A stretch of DNA of 49,678 nucleotides from contig CAVNZM010000033.1 in NCBI GenBank assembly GCA_963693365.1, positions 1 to 49,678 of the forward strand, written 5' to 3'. The notes under the pieces are model-generated. The model was not told the origin of the DNA, did no database searches, and worked only from the letters and a program-made list of their open reading frames with translations. Positions within the stretch are counted from its first letter, which is position 1; each line of letters opens with the position of its first letter. Of the stretch, positions 1 through 9,838 are shown piece by piece. The position numbers and the translations under genes were made by a program. The DNA is from Amoebidium appalachense. Taxonomy: Eukaryota; Protista; Ichthyosporea.

Positions 1-2
1 AC

Positions 3-2817
3 AACGGCAGTGGCTTTGACTTCCACTTTGTGACCAAGAGGGTGGTGGGCAGCCAGGACTACGTGTACGTGCCCATCATGGCCAACAGCAAGATCAAGTC
101 CTGCCGTATACGCCACTACGTCAAGAATGCCGGTGCACCAGCAGCCCCCGTGCCCATGCGGGTGGATGGTGATGGTGATGGTGATGGTGCCGATGGCCAT
201 GGCCATGGCCACGATGGCAATGGCCATGGTGATGGCCATGGTGATGGCCATGGTGATGTGCAGCAGCAGGCAGCAGCAGCAGCAGCAGCAGGCACCGGCC
301 GGAAGAGGAGGCACGGGGGGCAGAGGGGGGACGGCAGCCGCACGACGGTGGTGGAGCTGACGTTCGTGGACACCCTCAACTTCCTCACCATGTCGCTGTC
401 GGACGCCGGCAAGGCCATGGGGTGCCAGGAGACGAAGGGCCACTTCCCCCACCGTGCAGCCACCTTTGCCAACTTCAAGGCCGGCCACATCCTCTTCCCC
501 GGGCCCGAGGACTTTGGGGCCCAGGACATGAAGCCCAAGCAGCATGCTGCCTTCATGCAGTGGTGGCGGGAGGAGCAGGCACGGCTGCAGGGGCAGGCAC
601 CGGCGGGCACGTGCTACGACATTGCCCAGCAGTGCGAGGACTACTGTGTCAAGGATGTGGTGCTGCTGCAGCAGGTGGTCAAGGCCTTCATGTCGAAACT
701 CATCGAGCTGACGGGCATCGACCCCTTCACGTGCGTCACCCTTGCTTCCCTCGCCATGCACTTCTGGATCACGCAGGCCATGCCCAAGGACGTGGCCGTG
801 ATGCGTGACCAGACCATGGGCAACGTGAACAGCAGCAAGAAGGAGCAGGAGTACATCGACTACGTCACCCACGGCCTGGGGGTGGGGCCAGACGACGTTG
901 CACGGCACGTGGCCACCGGGTACGACCCCCACGGCAGGGCCACGGCCGATGCCAAGGCCACCCACGACGACGGCACGTGCACCCACTACTTCTTCCACGG
1001 GTGTGTGTTCCATGGGTGCCCCGACTGCAACAGGCACGAGGATCTGACGATGAGGGTGGTGAAGAGGCCGGCCAGGGAGGCCTACGACAGCACCATGGCC
1101 CACGAGAGGTACATCCGTGCCCAGGGGCACAAGGTGCAGAGCATGTGGGAGTGCAGGTGGGACAGGCTGAGGCAGAGCCCCGAGGTCAAGGCTGCCCTTG
1201 CAGCACAGGCGGCACGGAGGGAGGGCACCGGCAGGGTGGCCCCCGTGCCCACGGGCCCGGTGCAGTTCCGTGATGCCTTCTTTGGTGGCCGTACGGAGGT
1301 CATCACCCGTCACATCGAGGTCAAGGAGGAGGACTGGCCGGAGGCCGGGCTCAAGTACGTCGACGTCACCTCCCTCTACCCGTACGTGATGATTGACAAG
1401 TACATGCCGGTGGGCAAGTCACAGTGGTTCACGTCACTGCCCATCAAGACGGAGGACCACCCCACGGCCATCGTCACGGATGCCCAGGTGCTGAAGGAGA
1501 GGCTCGACAAGACGTGCCGTATGACCCCCGGCTCCCCCCAGGCCAGGACCAAGGGGTACTTTGGTGTTGCACGTGTGAGGGTGCTCCCCCCCAAGGACCT
1601 GTTCATCCCCGTGCTGCCTGTGCGTATGACGGGTGCCCAGGGGTACGACAAGCTGGGCTTTGTGCTGTGCCGGGCCTGCAGCAGCAAGGAGGAGGCCCGG
1701 GCCACCTGCATGGACGAGGACGGCAACCCCAGGGTACGTGAGCACACACTGTGCACACACACGGACGAGGAGAGGGCACTGGTGGGCACGTGGACGACGG
1801 AGGAGCTGAAGGTGGCCGTGCGTGATGGGTACACCATCCTCGACGTGTACGACGTGGTGCACTTCAAGAAACGCACCAAGACTTCGGAACCTCTTCCGGA
1901 AGTACGTGCAGACGTTCCTGAAGGTGAAGCTCACCAGCACCACCGTAGATCCGGCCGACATCCCCGCCCTCGTGCACCTGTTCAAGGAACACTACGGCAT
2001 CACGGTGGCCGCCCACGAGTTCGAGCCCAACCCGGCCCTGCGTACCATCAGCAAGCTGTTTCTGAACAGCCTCTGGGGCAAGCTGGTGCAGAGGGCAGGG
2101 CTGGACACCATCGAGTTTGTCGACGACGTCGACAGGCTGAGGCTGCTGGTGACGAACCCCAACCTGCTGGTGCTCGACGTCGAGCCCATCGGTGAGCAGA
2201 GGGTGGCCATCAAGTACCGGCCCAAGAAGGAGACGGCCCCACCCCCCTCCTACGCCAACATTGCCATCGGCACGTTCGTGACGGCCCATGCCCGGCTGCA
2301 CCTGTACGGGGCCCTCCGGTCCCTCTCCCCCCAGCAGGTGGTGTACATGGACACCGACTCCATCGTCTACCACTACGACAGCAGGGTGCCCCACCTCAGC
2401 CACAACATCGACTCCACCAACGGGGACTTGCTGGGCAACTGGAAGAACGAGACGTCGACACCCATCGTCGAGTTTGTGGGGGTGGCCCCCAAGACGTATG
2501 CCTACCGCACCCAGGACGGCAAGACCGACGTGAAGGTCAAGGGCATCACCCTGTCCCGCCGGGCGGCCGACATGGTGAACCTCCCCAGCCTGCGCATGCT
2601 GGTGCACGGCGAGCTGCCGAGTGTGAGCGTCACCAACCACCGGCTGCTGCGGGAGCCCGTGCCCGGGGTCCCCCACAACTACCACCTGGCCAGCAAGGAC
2701 CAGCGCAAGACACAGTCGGGGGCGTTCGACAAGAGGGGGGTGTTCGAGGCGGCCGACGGCAGTGTACGCAGCTACCCCATCGGGTGGGCGGCACCGGAGG
2801 GGAACCTGCAGTTTTGA
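3..2817 (+). CDS. pPolB: Protein-primed family B DNA polymerase, 5'-partial, one +1 frameshift near 1865-1890
   Basis: ExoII NGSGFDFHF at the window start, FVDTLNFL, KGHFPH, ExoIII YCVKDV, FFGGRTE, motif A DVTSLYP (ORF 30..2195). Motif B SKLFLNSLWGK, motif C YMDTDS and APKTY/KVKG are in ORF 1822..2817. The junction reads HFKKRTKTS/NLFRKYVQTFLKVK. Confidence 0.95.
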
Positions 2818-3279
2818 GTGGGGGGAGGGGGTAGGGGGGAGGGAGGGGGGTCAGTTAGGAGGTAGTCTAGCAGTGGAAAATTATGTGGTGTGTTTGTTAA
2901 CTTAGCATTAGAAGAAAGAAAAATGGGGTGCAGAGTGCACGGGCAGGGGGGTCACCGGCAGAAGAGGAAAAAGATGGTGTTTTTAGGCATACACCACGTG
3001 CACCGTATGCACGAGGGGAGGCAGCCAATAAATTCAGAGCTTAATGCAAAACCAAGCATGTCCAATGTGTCCTTCGGCAAAAGCAACACCAACACCGGAA
3101 CCATACACGTGTACAAGGGCGGGAGGCTTGCCAAAAAGAGCAGGCACCAGCACATATAAAAGGCACACACGTGTGCACAGACACGTCACTTTTTTCCAAC
3201 ACAAAAACAGTCAACATCACGAATTAGGTGAACTTCGGCCGAAACACACACACACACACACTGACACGGAAAAAAAAAA

Positions 3280-4168
3280 ATGGACGAAGACACGTTGCTA
3301 AGTATGGTGGCCAACACCACGGACCCTGAGAAGCTGCTAGACCTGTGCCCCTTCCTCTACGACATGTACTGCAACACCACCACACAGCCACGGCCACGGC
3401 CACAGGCACAAGGGTGCTGGTGGGCATACTGCAAGGAGAGGGAGACTTGCACGGGGGAACACGACGAATACGAGCACGACGGAGGGGACCAGGAGTACGT
3501 GTACGAGGAGGGGGGGAGGGGAGGGGGGAGGGGGAGGGGGAGGAGGAGGAGGAGGAGGACTGGGTGTACGACGGGAGGGGGTGGGGAGGGGCAGCGACGG
3601 GGAGGGGAGGAAGACGTATGAGGGGTGCACGGCCTTCTGGGACAGAAAGAGGTCACAGCCATACAGACACATTAACCACTTCAAGCAGCTGCTGCAGTCG
3701 GTGCAGGGCCTGAATGCGAGCATGGGTGACATGCAGGAGGGGGTGGTGGCAGCATTCAGGGGCGTGCAAGGCATAGAGAACGCCGACCAGGCAAGGAGGG
3801 TGCTGAGACAGAGCAAACTCACCCAACACTACACACGCGTGCCTTACATACTTAACAGGTTGTACGGGCACCCCCTCCCCAGGTTTACGTGCGAGCAGTT
3901 GGAGGTCTTGACGGGCATGTTTAAGTTTTGCTTGTCGTGGCACCGGAGACACAAGGAGGACACACGGAAGAACTTTGTGGGGTACCCCTTCCTGTTGGTG
4001 AAAATGGTAGGGTTAGTGCGTGGTATGGACGCGGGAGTAATAGCCAGGCTGGTGCCCACGGTCAAAAGCAAAGTGACTAGAGTAAAGAGCGATAGGGTGT
4101 GGGCACGGCTGGAGAGGGACCTTAAAAACTACCACATGCTAGTGGAACATAACATGTTCTGCCTGTAG
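3280..4168 (+). CDS. VLTF3: VLTF3-like (poxvirus A2-type) late transcription factor, frameshifted in G-rich tract 3510-3610
   Basis: YRHINHFKQLL, HYTRVPYILNRLYG, RKNFVGYPFLLVKM and KSDRVWARL match the VLTF3 pattern (YxRxNHF, RKNFxxYxYxL). The N-terminus is probably ORF 3280..3621. Confidence 0.8.
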
Positions 4169-4300
4169 GCGGGTAGCCAGGTGCTACCTGCTCTGCATTT
4201 AGAGACAACACTGTGCACAATAGAATGGGGTTGTGGCAGGCGTGGGGTGGTAGTGGGGGTGTGCCAGCACGTGCCCACACTACCGTCGACCCGCCCAGGT

Positions 4301-4492
4301 TTATTTGAACACCACAGGTGCCGTACGAATGGGTCTGTTGGCGTTGACGCCGGACAGTTTTACGGTGTAGTCCAGGGGACGTTGCCGAAAGTCCCGTATG
4401 GTGGACACGTCCATGACATTCAGGTTGTTGTTCTGTTCCGGGAAGATAAACGGCCTCTTGCGTGTGGGGGGCCCGCCGGGGTTGAGCTCCAT
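4301..4492 (-). CDS. Small hypothetical viral protein (63 aa)
   Basis: Co-oriented with the neighbouring minus-strand cluster, preceded by an AATATTGTGTG motif, stop within AATAAA. Confidence 0.45.
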   Translation of the reverse strand: MELNPGGPPTRKRPFIFPEQNNNLNVMDVSTIRDFRQRPLDYTVKLSGVNANRPIRTAPVVFK

Positions 4493-4531
4493 GATGGTGC
4501 TGCAGGCTGTTTACACTAGCACACACAATAT

Positions 4532-4753
4532 TTAAAAGTTTTGGAAGGAGCTCTGGTCGGCGGCCACGGGCCACGGTGTGTAGGTGGGGGGTCTGGGCCT
4601 CATGGTCCCCCCTGGCCCCTCGACGACGTTGCCAGGGCCGTAGAACGGGCGGGTCTGTGGTGCGGGTCGGGCGCGGTAGGGTAGGGGTACGGGGAGGGGT
4701 GCCTGCGTGAGGGGCAAAGCGTGCATGCGCATGTGCTCGGTGCTGTGTGCCAT
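4532..4753 (-). CDS. Small Pro-rich hypothetical viral protein (73 aa)
   Basis: Fills the gap in the minus-strand gene cluster; no recognisable family. Confidence 0.4.
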   Translation of the reverse strand: MAHSTEHMRMHALPLTQAPLPVPLPYRARPAPQTRPFYGPGNVVEGPGGTMRPRPPTYTPWPVAADQSSFQNF

Positions 4754-4784
4754 GTCTGCCGCCGCTGCTGCCTAATGACGTAGA

Positions 4785-7545
4785 TTATTTGCCGGCACCC
4801 TTCTTCCTCTTCTTCTTCTCCTTGCTGGCTGTCTTGGTGCGGTACACCCCACGGGCAGACTTAGGGACCGGGCCACCCTCGACATACCCGGCGGCATGGC
4901 TGTCCGGCACAACCCCTGGCCTGTGCACGTGTGCACGCACGTGCGGGTGGTGTGGGTGCATGGGCATGTCCCCCCTCCCGTAGTTGGCATGATGGTGCAC
5001 GGCCGCTGCCAGCCCAGGGGTGGCTGTGGGTGAAGGGGCACCGGTGGGGGTGGGCACGGGGAAGCTCGGACCATGTGGCCACGTGGGGGTGCCTGTGGGG
5101 GTGGGGGTGAGCAGTAGCCGTGGCTGTTGGCGTGTACGGTAGGCGTGGTACGCCAGTGTTGTTACCTTTGGTAGCAACCTTCAGCATGTGCAGAGCTACC
5201 CCCTTTGCTACCTTCTGGAGTTCTCCGAGGGTGTCACGGTTCCCCAACACGGCCTCTTGCAGGTTCGGGCCACCGCCACCAACACCGCCGTCAGCAATAG
5301 CCGGCTGGCCACCGTCACCATGGTGGCCCCTTACCACGTTGCCCAGAAGCTGGCGTGCTGCCCCCATGAACACCCCCCTCACGTAGGAGGCCACGGCAGG
5401 GTGGTCCCACCCCGTCTGGTCCTCCCTCACCCGCCTTGTGAACTCCTCCGGGCTCTCCCGCCCGAGCATGTCGAGGTGTTCCCGCAACCCCTGCCAAAAG
5501 GGACTCAGCACCCCCTCCTCGTCGGGTCGGGCGGGGGACGTGGGGGGTCTCCACACAGCGGCAGCACCCCCTGTTTGCGAGACCGCCCTCTTGGTGCTTG
5601 GGTACGTCGTCACGTCACCGTCATAGCCGATGGCTGCTGGGGTGGGGCTGGGGCTGGGGCTGGGGGTGGGCGTGGTGGTGGGGCCGTCAATACCAAGGGG
5701 CAGGTCTGAAAGCTTCCCCCCTCGCACACGGTACTCATACAGGGCCTGCCTCGAGGCCTTGGGCTCTTCCTTCTTGAGTCCCCAAGCTACGAATTTGATG
5801 GCTTGGTACGGGGCGAAACCCTGCAGAGCTTGATAATACTCGGGGTGTTTGTCCAACAACTCTTTCTCAAAGTCCCACATGGGCTCCTGGAACTCGTAAT
5901 TGGCTGGTGCCAGAGCGTTTGCGACGTCCAAGAGCGTGACGTTGGACAAGGGTAGTTTCATTTTCCACACATCCAGCTCGTTGGTGGGCATCGGTGTAGG
6001 TGTGACTGTGGGGTGGGCCTGGGACTCGGGCGTTGGGGGCGCAGGCACGAGGGGGAAGGCTTCGGCCCAAATTTGCAACGGCCACCCGCCAGACTTTGGC
6101 GGCTTAGGGGGTATCATGGCCGGCGGGTCGGGTCCACGGTAGGCAGGGGACTGGGGGTACGGCGTTGGTGCCGGTTGTAGTGGTGGGGGGAAGGGTATGG
6201 CCGGGGCAGTCGGCCTCCGCCGTGGCCCGTTACGACCCATGGGCAGGCCGGTACCGTTCCCTTTGGCGGGCGACTGTGGCGGGGGTTGAACCGTCTGCGG
6301 CGGGAAGGGTATGGGTGGTCCGTCCGGCTTGGCCGGCAGGTGGGGGGCCATGGGGGTCTGTGGGTTGAGCTCCGGGGGGAAGGGTACGGGGGTGGCCGGT
6401 TCCTTGGGTGCCTTCCAATACAAGGACTCTGGCGGGGTGGGCATGGTGGGACCGGTCATATGGGGTGCCAAGACCCCCACATGGAGTGGGGAGGGGCGGT
6501 TGGGGTCGTTGCCGGCCAGGGTAACCGGCCGTGGACGTGGCCAGGCACTGGTCGTTGGCTCATCGTCGTCGTCATCGGGAGGCGTGTGTAGAGGTTGTAC
6601 CGGGGCTACGGTGGGTCCGTGGGCTACCGCAGGCTCCACAACGTCGACGTGCTTGCTTGCCACTGCCACCGGCAGTGACCCAGGACGGGTTGTGCTGGTC
6701 CGTGTCACCGGCAGACCGGTGCCTTTCCCTTTGCCGGGCAGCCTCGACCGGTCTGGCTTGGACGTCGGGAGGGGCCGGCCCGTCGAGGGGGGAAAGGGTA
6801 TGGGTGGACCGTTGGGCTTGGCCGGCAGGTGGGGTGCCGTGGGAGTCTGTGGGTCAAGCTCTGGGGGGAAGGCCACGGGGACACGGGCCGGGGGAGGCAC
6901 CTCCCATTTCAGGGACTCTGGCGGGGTGGGCATGGTGGGGCCGGCCACATGGGGCGCCAGGGGCCCGAAGGAGGGTGCGGGCTCGTTATGGGGCCGGCGG
7001 CGTGGTGCGTTTGGGGCAGGGGTTTTGGGCGGTGGAGGTGGCTTGGGAGGTGGGGGGTACGGTATGGCCGGAGCCTGGCCCGGGGGTGTGGCCGGGACAG
7101 GTGGGGGGAGGGGTGGGGTCGGCAGGGGGGCCACGTCGGGCAAGGGGGGCGGAGGTGCCCTAGGTCTGTTCCACACGTACGTGCTACCGTACTTGTCACC
7201 CAAGTGCTCATAGCCAGGGTGGTAGGCTACGTCTACCTTCACCACCTCCGGCAACCGACCACCCCACCGCTCCAGTGGCTGGTTGGGGTCCAGATATGTG
7301 TGGGCCTTCTTGAAAAATGCCTCAACCCCACCCCTGACCAACACCTTGTAGCTATGTCGGAGTAGTGAAAGTTTGGGAGTCCCAAAGTACCCAACGGTGG
7401 TCTCCCGCCACTTGCCTGAATGCACGTCTTCCGGGTACTGGTACTTGACAGTGTACCTGCCCAGGGGCCAAACCCTACTCGTCTCAGAGTCCAAGTCATC
7501 AGCGTGCCCATGAGGCTGCTGCACGTTGGGGGACATGGTGGACAC
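4785..7545 (-). CDS. Large proline-rich protein with an internal ~58-aa duplication; C-terminus probably frameshifted near 5100-5180
   Basis: 894-aa ORF 4861..7545. Overlapping ORF 4785..5177 ends in a basic NLS-like tail KEKKKRKKGAGK and may be the true C-terminus. Confidence 0.7.
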
Positions 7546-7569
7546 GGTGTTGTTGTAAACTGGTGTTTA

Positions 7570-7947
7570 TTATTTCGCAGCGTACTGCGCCATGGGTTGC
7601 CGGGCAAAGCTGCCCTGGGGGTCACTGCTGTGCCCCACCCTCACGGGCGTAAAGTCGACATAGTAGGACTTGCTGTTGAGGGGGAGCCCCCTGCTGCCCA
7701 GACCGCTCCTGCCGGGCATGGAGGGCACGTGGTTGTCGGTGGGCAGGTTGTTGAAGGTCGGCAGCCGGCTGAAGGGCACACCGTAAACGCCGGCCTGGAA
7801 GGCGGCGTCCGTGTGCCGTGCCCGGTAGGGGGCCGCATAGGCAGCCTCGTACTCGGCCTCGGGTGCCAGCTTGTAGCCGTACACGGCCGCCTGCGTGGGT
7901 GTGGGCGCCAGTGGAATACCGTTGACGTTGGCCATGGCCGCGTTCAT
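7570..7947 (-). CDS. Hypothetical viral protein (125 aa) directly downstream of MCP
   Basis: MNAAMANVNG start, GC3-rich codons, tightly packed between MCP and the Pro-rich gene. Confidence 0.65.
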   Translation of the reverse strand: MNAAMANVNGIPLAPTPTQAAVYGYKLAPEAEYEAAYAAPYRARHTDAAFQAGVYGVPFSRLPTFNNLPTDNHVPSMPGRSGLGSRGLPLNSKSYYVDFTPVRVGHSSDPQGSFARQPMAQYAAK

Positions 7948-8851
7948 ACTTGCTAGGTGGCCCACACAATTTGCACCTTTGAGTTATTAAGCCTCCACCG
8001 TCACCTCACGGGCACCGGACAGCACCAGCACGTTCTCGTGGTGCACGAAGGTGTCGAGGGTCAGGTCGTCCTGAACCGTGGGTTCCCCGACCCCGGCGGA
8101 GAACTTTTCCGTGTTCAGGTGCAGCAGAATGGGGGTGGCGTCGGAGCTGGTGTCGAGCCCAGAGTACAGGTCACGGTCCCTCTCGAGGTCCAGGGCGATC
8201 ATGAACTGCTTGTCGGGCCAGGACGTGGAGTTGTACATGCAATCGGCCGTGACGTCACCCAAGAAGTAGAGGGCCTTAGCCAGCTCGGCCCATGCCTCGG
8301 CGCAGTTGTTCTTCGACACACGAATTTCGTCGAGGGGCTTCTGGTAGGGGCCTATCTTGATCTGGTAGCTCGTTATGTTGCTGCGTTCCGACCTAAACGA
8401 CTCGTAGCCGGCCTGGGCCCACGTGTTGCCGTTACGAACGAGGGAGAGCAGGGACTTGACGTTTCTCCCCCGGAACGAAATGTGCAGGTCGGCAGGGCTG
8501 CCCCCCTTGACGTAGCTCTGGAAGTGGGTGAACGTGCTGTAGGGAATGTACACGTTCTTCTCCATCAAGGCCTTTTCGAAGCCGGCCGTGTAGACGGCGT
8601 TCCACTCGATGATTTCGCAGTGGAGGACGGGGTTGATGATCTCGTAGGCGACGTCCTTGAGCCAATTCTCGTTCTCGGTGGGCACGTACAACACTTGGTT
8701 TGCCTCACCCAACGACAGCTCGATCTGCACCTCCCCCATGTACGACAGCGGGAGGTACCGGCCGGACCGCATGAGGCCGAGCTTGAGCTGGTGAATGTAG
8801 GTGAAACCGTCGGTGGCGTCGATTTGGGCCTGGATGTTGGCCTGGTGGGGA

Positions 8852-9776
8852 TGTTGTAATACGTAGTATTTACATATGGTAAGATCTTCTCAGTTTGTGT
8901 TATGTTTCAGTTCATATGCTTAGTGTAAATGCCACACTCCTATTATGTAAAGTGTAGCATCGATCTCCGATATGCTTGTATACTTGTAATCGTGTTGTAT
9001 CGGCTTTAATCGTGTATTGTAATATCGATTAGAATATTTATATGTGTGTACACGGATCCACCCACTCAGGGAGAGACGTGTACATGTTCGTGTGTACATA
9101 AATATCTCTGGTTATAGTTATGCTATTACTATCTTGTTTGTTGATCTGTGCTCTCTTTTCCTTCCTCTTTCTCCTTCCTTATTTTCTTTTCTTTCTCTCC
9201 TTGTCTTCATGTGTATAATCGTATTTCTTTTCTACTAATATATGTTAGGTAGATTTGTGTTACTTAATACGTGTTCATTGGACGGTAACACACTTAGGCT
9301 ACACTTAGAATAGCATGTGTGTTTAGACTTCATTAATTCACTTTAGTTTTCATGTGTTGCCGGGCTTTAACCAATCATCAAGGTTAAGTGTGATATGTCT
9401 GAGTCTTTGCAGTATGTCATAGGTTAGAACTTCCTTGATGATGACACGAGTTGATCCTAACTAGTGTCTGTGTCCTATCGTGTACGCCTCCGCGTACCGG
9501 ATCTCTCTGAAAGCAATTGGTTCTTAGTGATTGGTTTCTATTAGAGATGGATCTGATTTCCGACTGGTCGGAAATCATGTATGGATTGGACTTAGAGGAA
9601 TTTCAGGTATTTATTCGAAGATCAGAATAAATTCAGTTCAGTCGTGTCTAAACATTGATGTCTGTTGTGTACACTGCTCCGATCGTTCCGTGTTTTGTTG
9701 TTGTGTGTGTCTGTGGTGTTTTCACACTGCACCACTGTGTCTCTGCTTACATCCCAAATACTTATAGAAATTAACA
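8852..9776 (+). repeat. 5' LTR of Copia copy 1 (925 bp)
   Basis: Near-identical to the three other LTR copies; TG...CA termini. Confidence 0.97.
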
Positions 9777-9790
9777 GGTTATGCAGCCCT
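9777..9790 (+). promoter_or_regulatory. Primer-binding site, half-tRNA-iMet (Ty5/copia) type
   Basis: GGTTATGCAGCCC immediately after the LTR, resembling GGTTATG(A/G)GCCC of Ty5 and Drosophila copia. Confidence 0.7.
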
Positions 9791-9838
9791 TTTGTACGCT
9801 CCCTACACACATCTAGAACTCGCGCTCGTTTTTCAATC

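Noticed and set aside
2890-3159. 89-aa ORF between pPolB and VLTF3
   Set aside because: Non-ATG start and AT-rich intergenic composition.
8844-8851. Flank GTGGGGA before the 5' LTR equals the element's own PPT end, suggesting sequence-specific targeting or a longer LTR
   Set aside because: Copy 2 has an unrelated target (GTTTT), and the MCP frame is restored with a 5-bp TSD, so this is most likely coincidence.
9044-9767. 64-aa and 78-aa ORFs repeated four times
   Set aside because: They lie within the LTRs, are AT-rich and show no coding signature.
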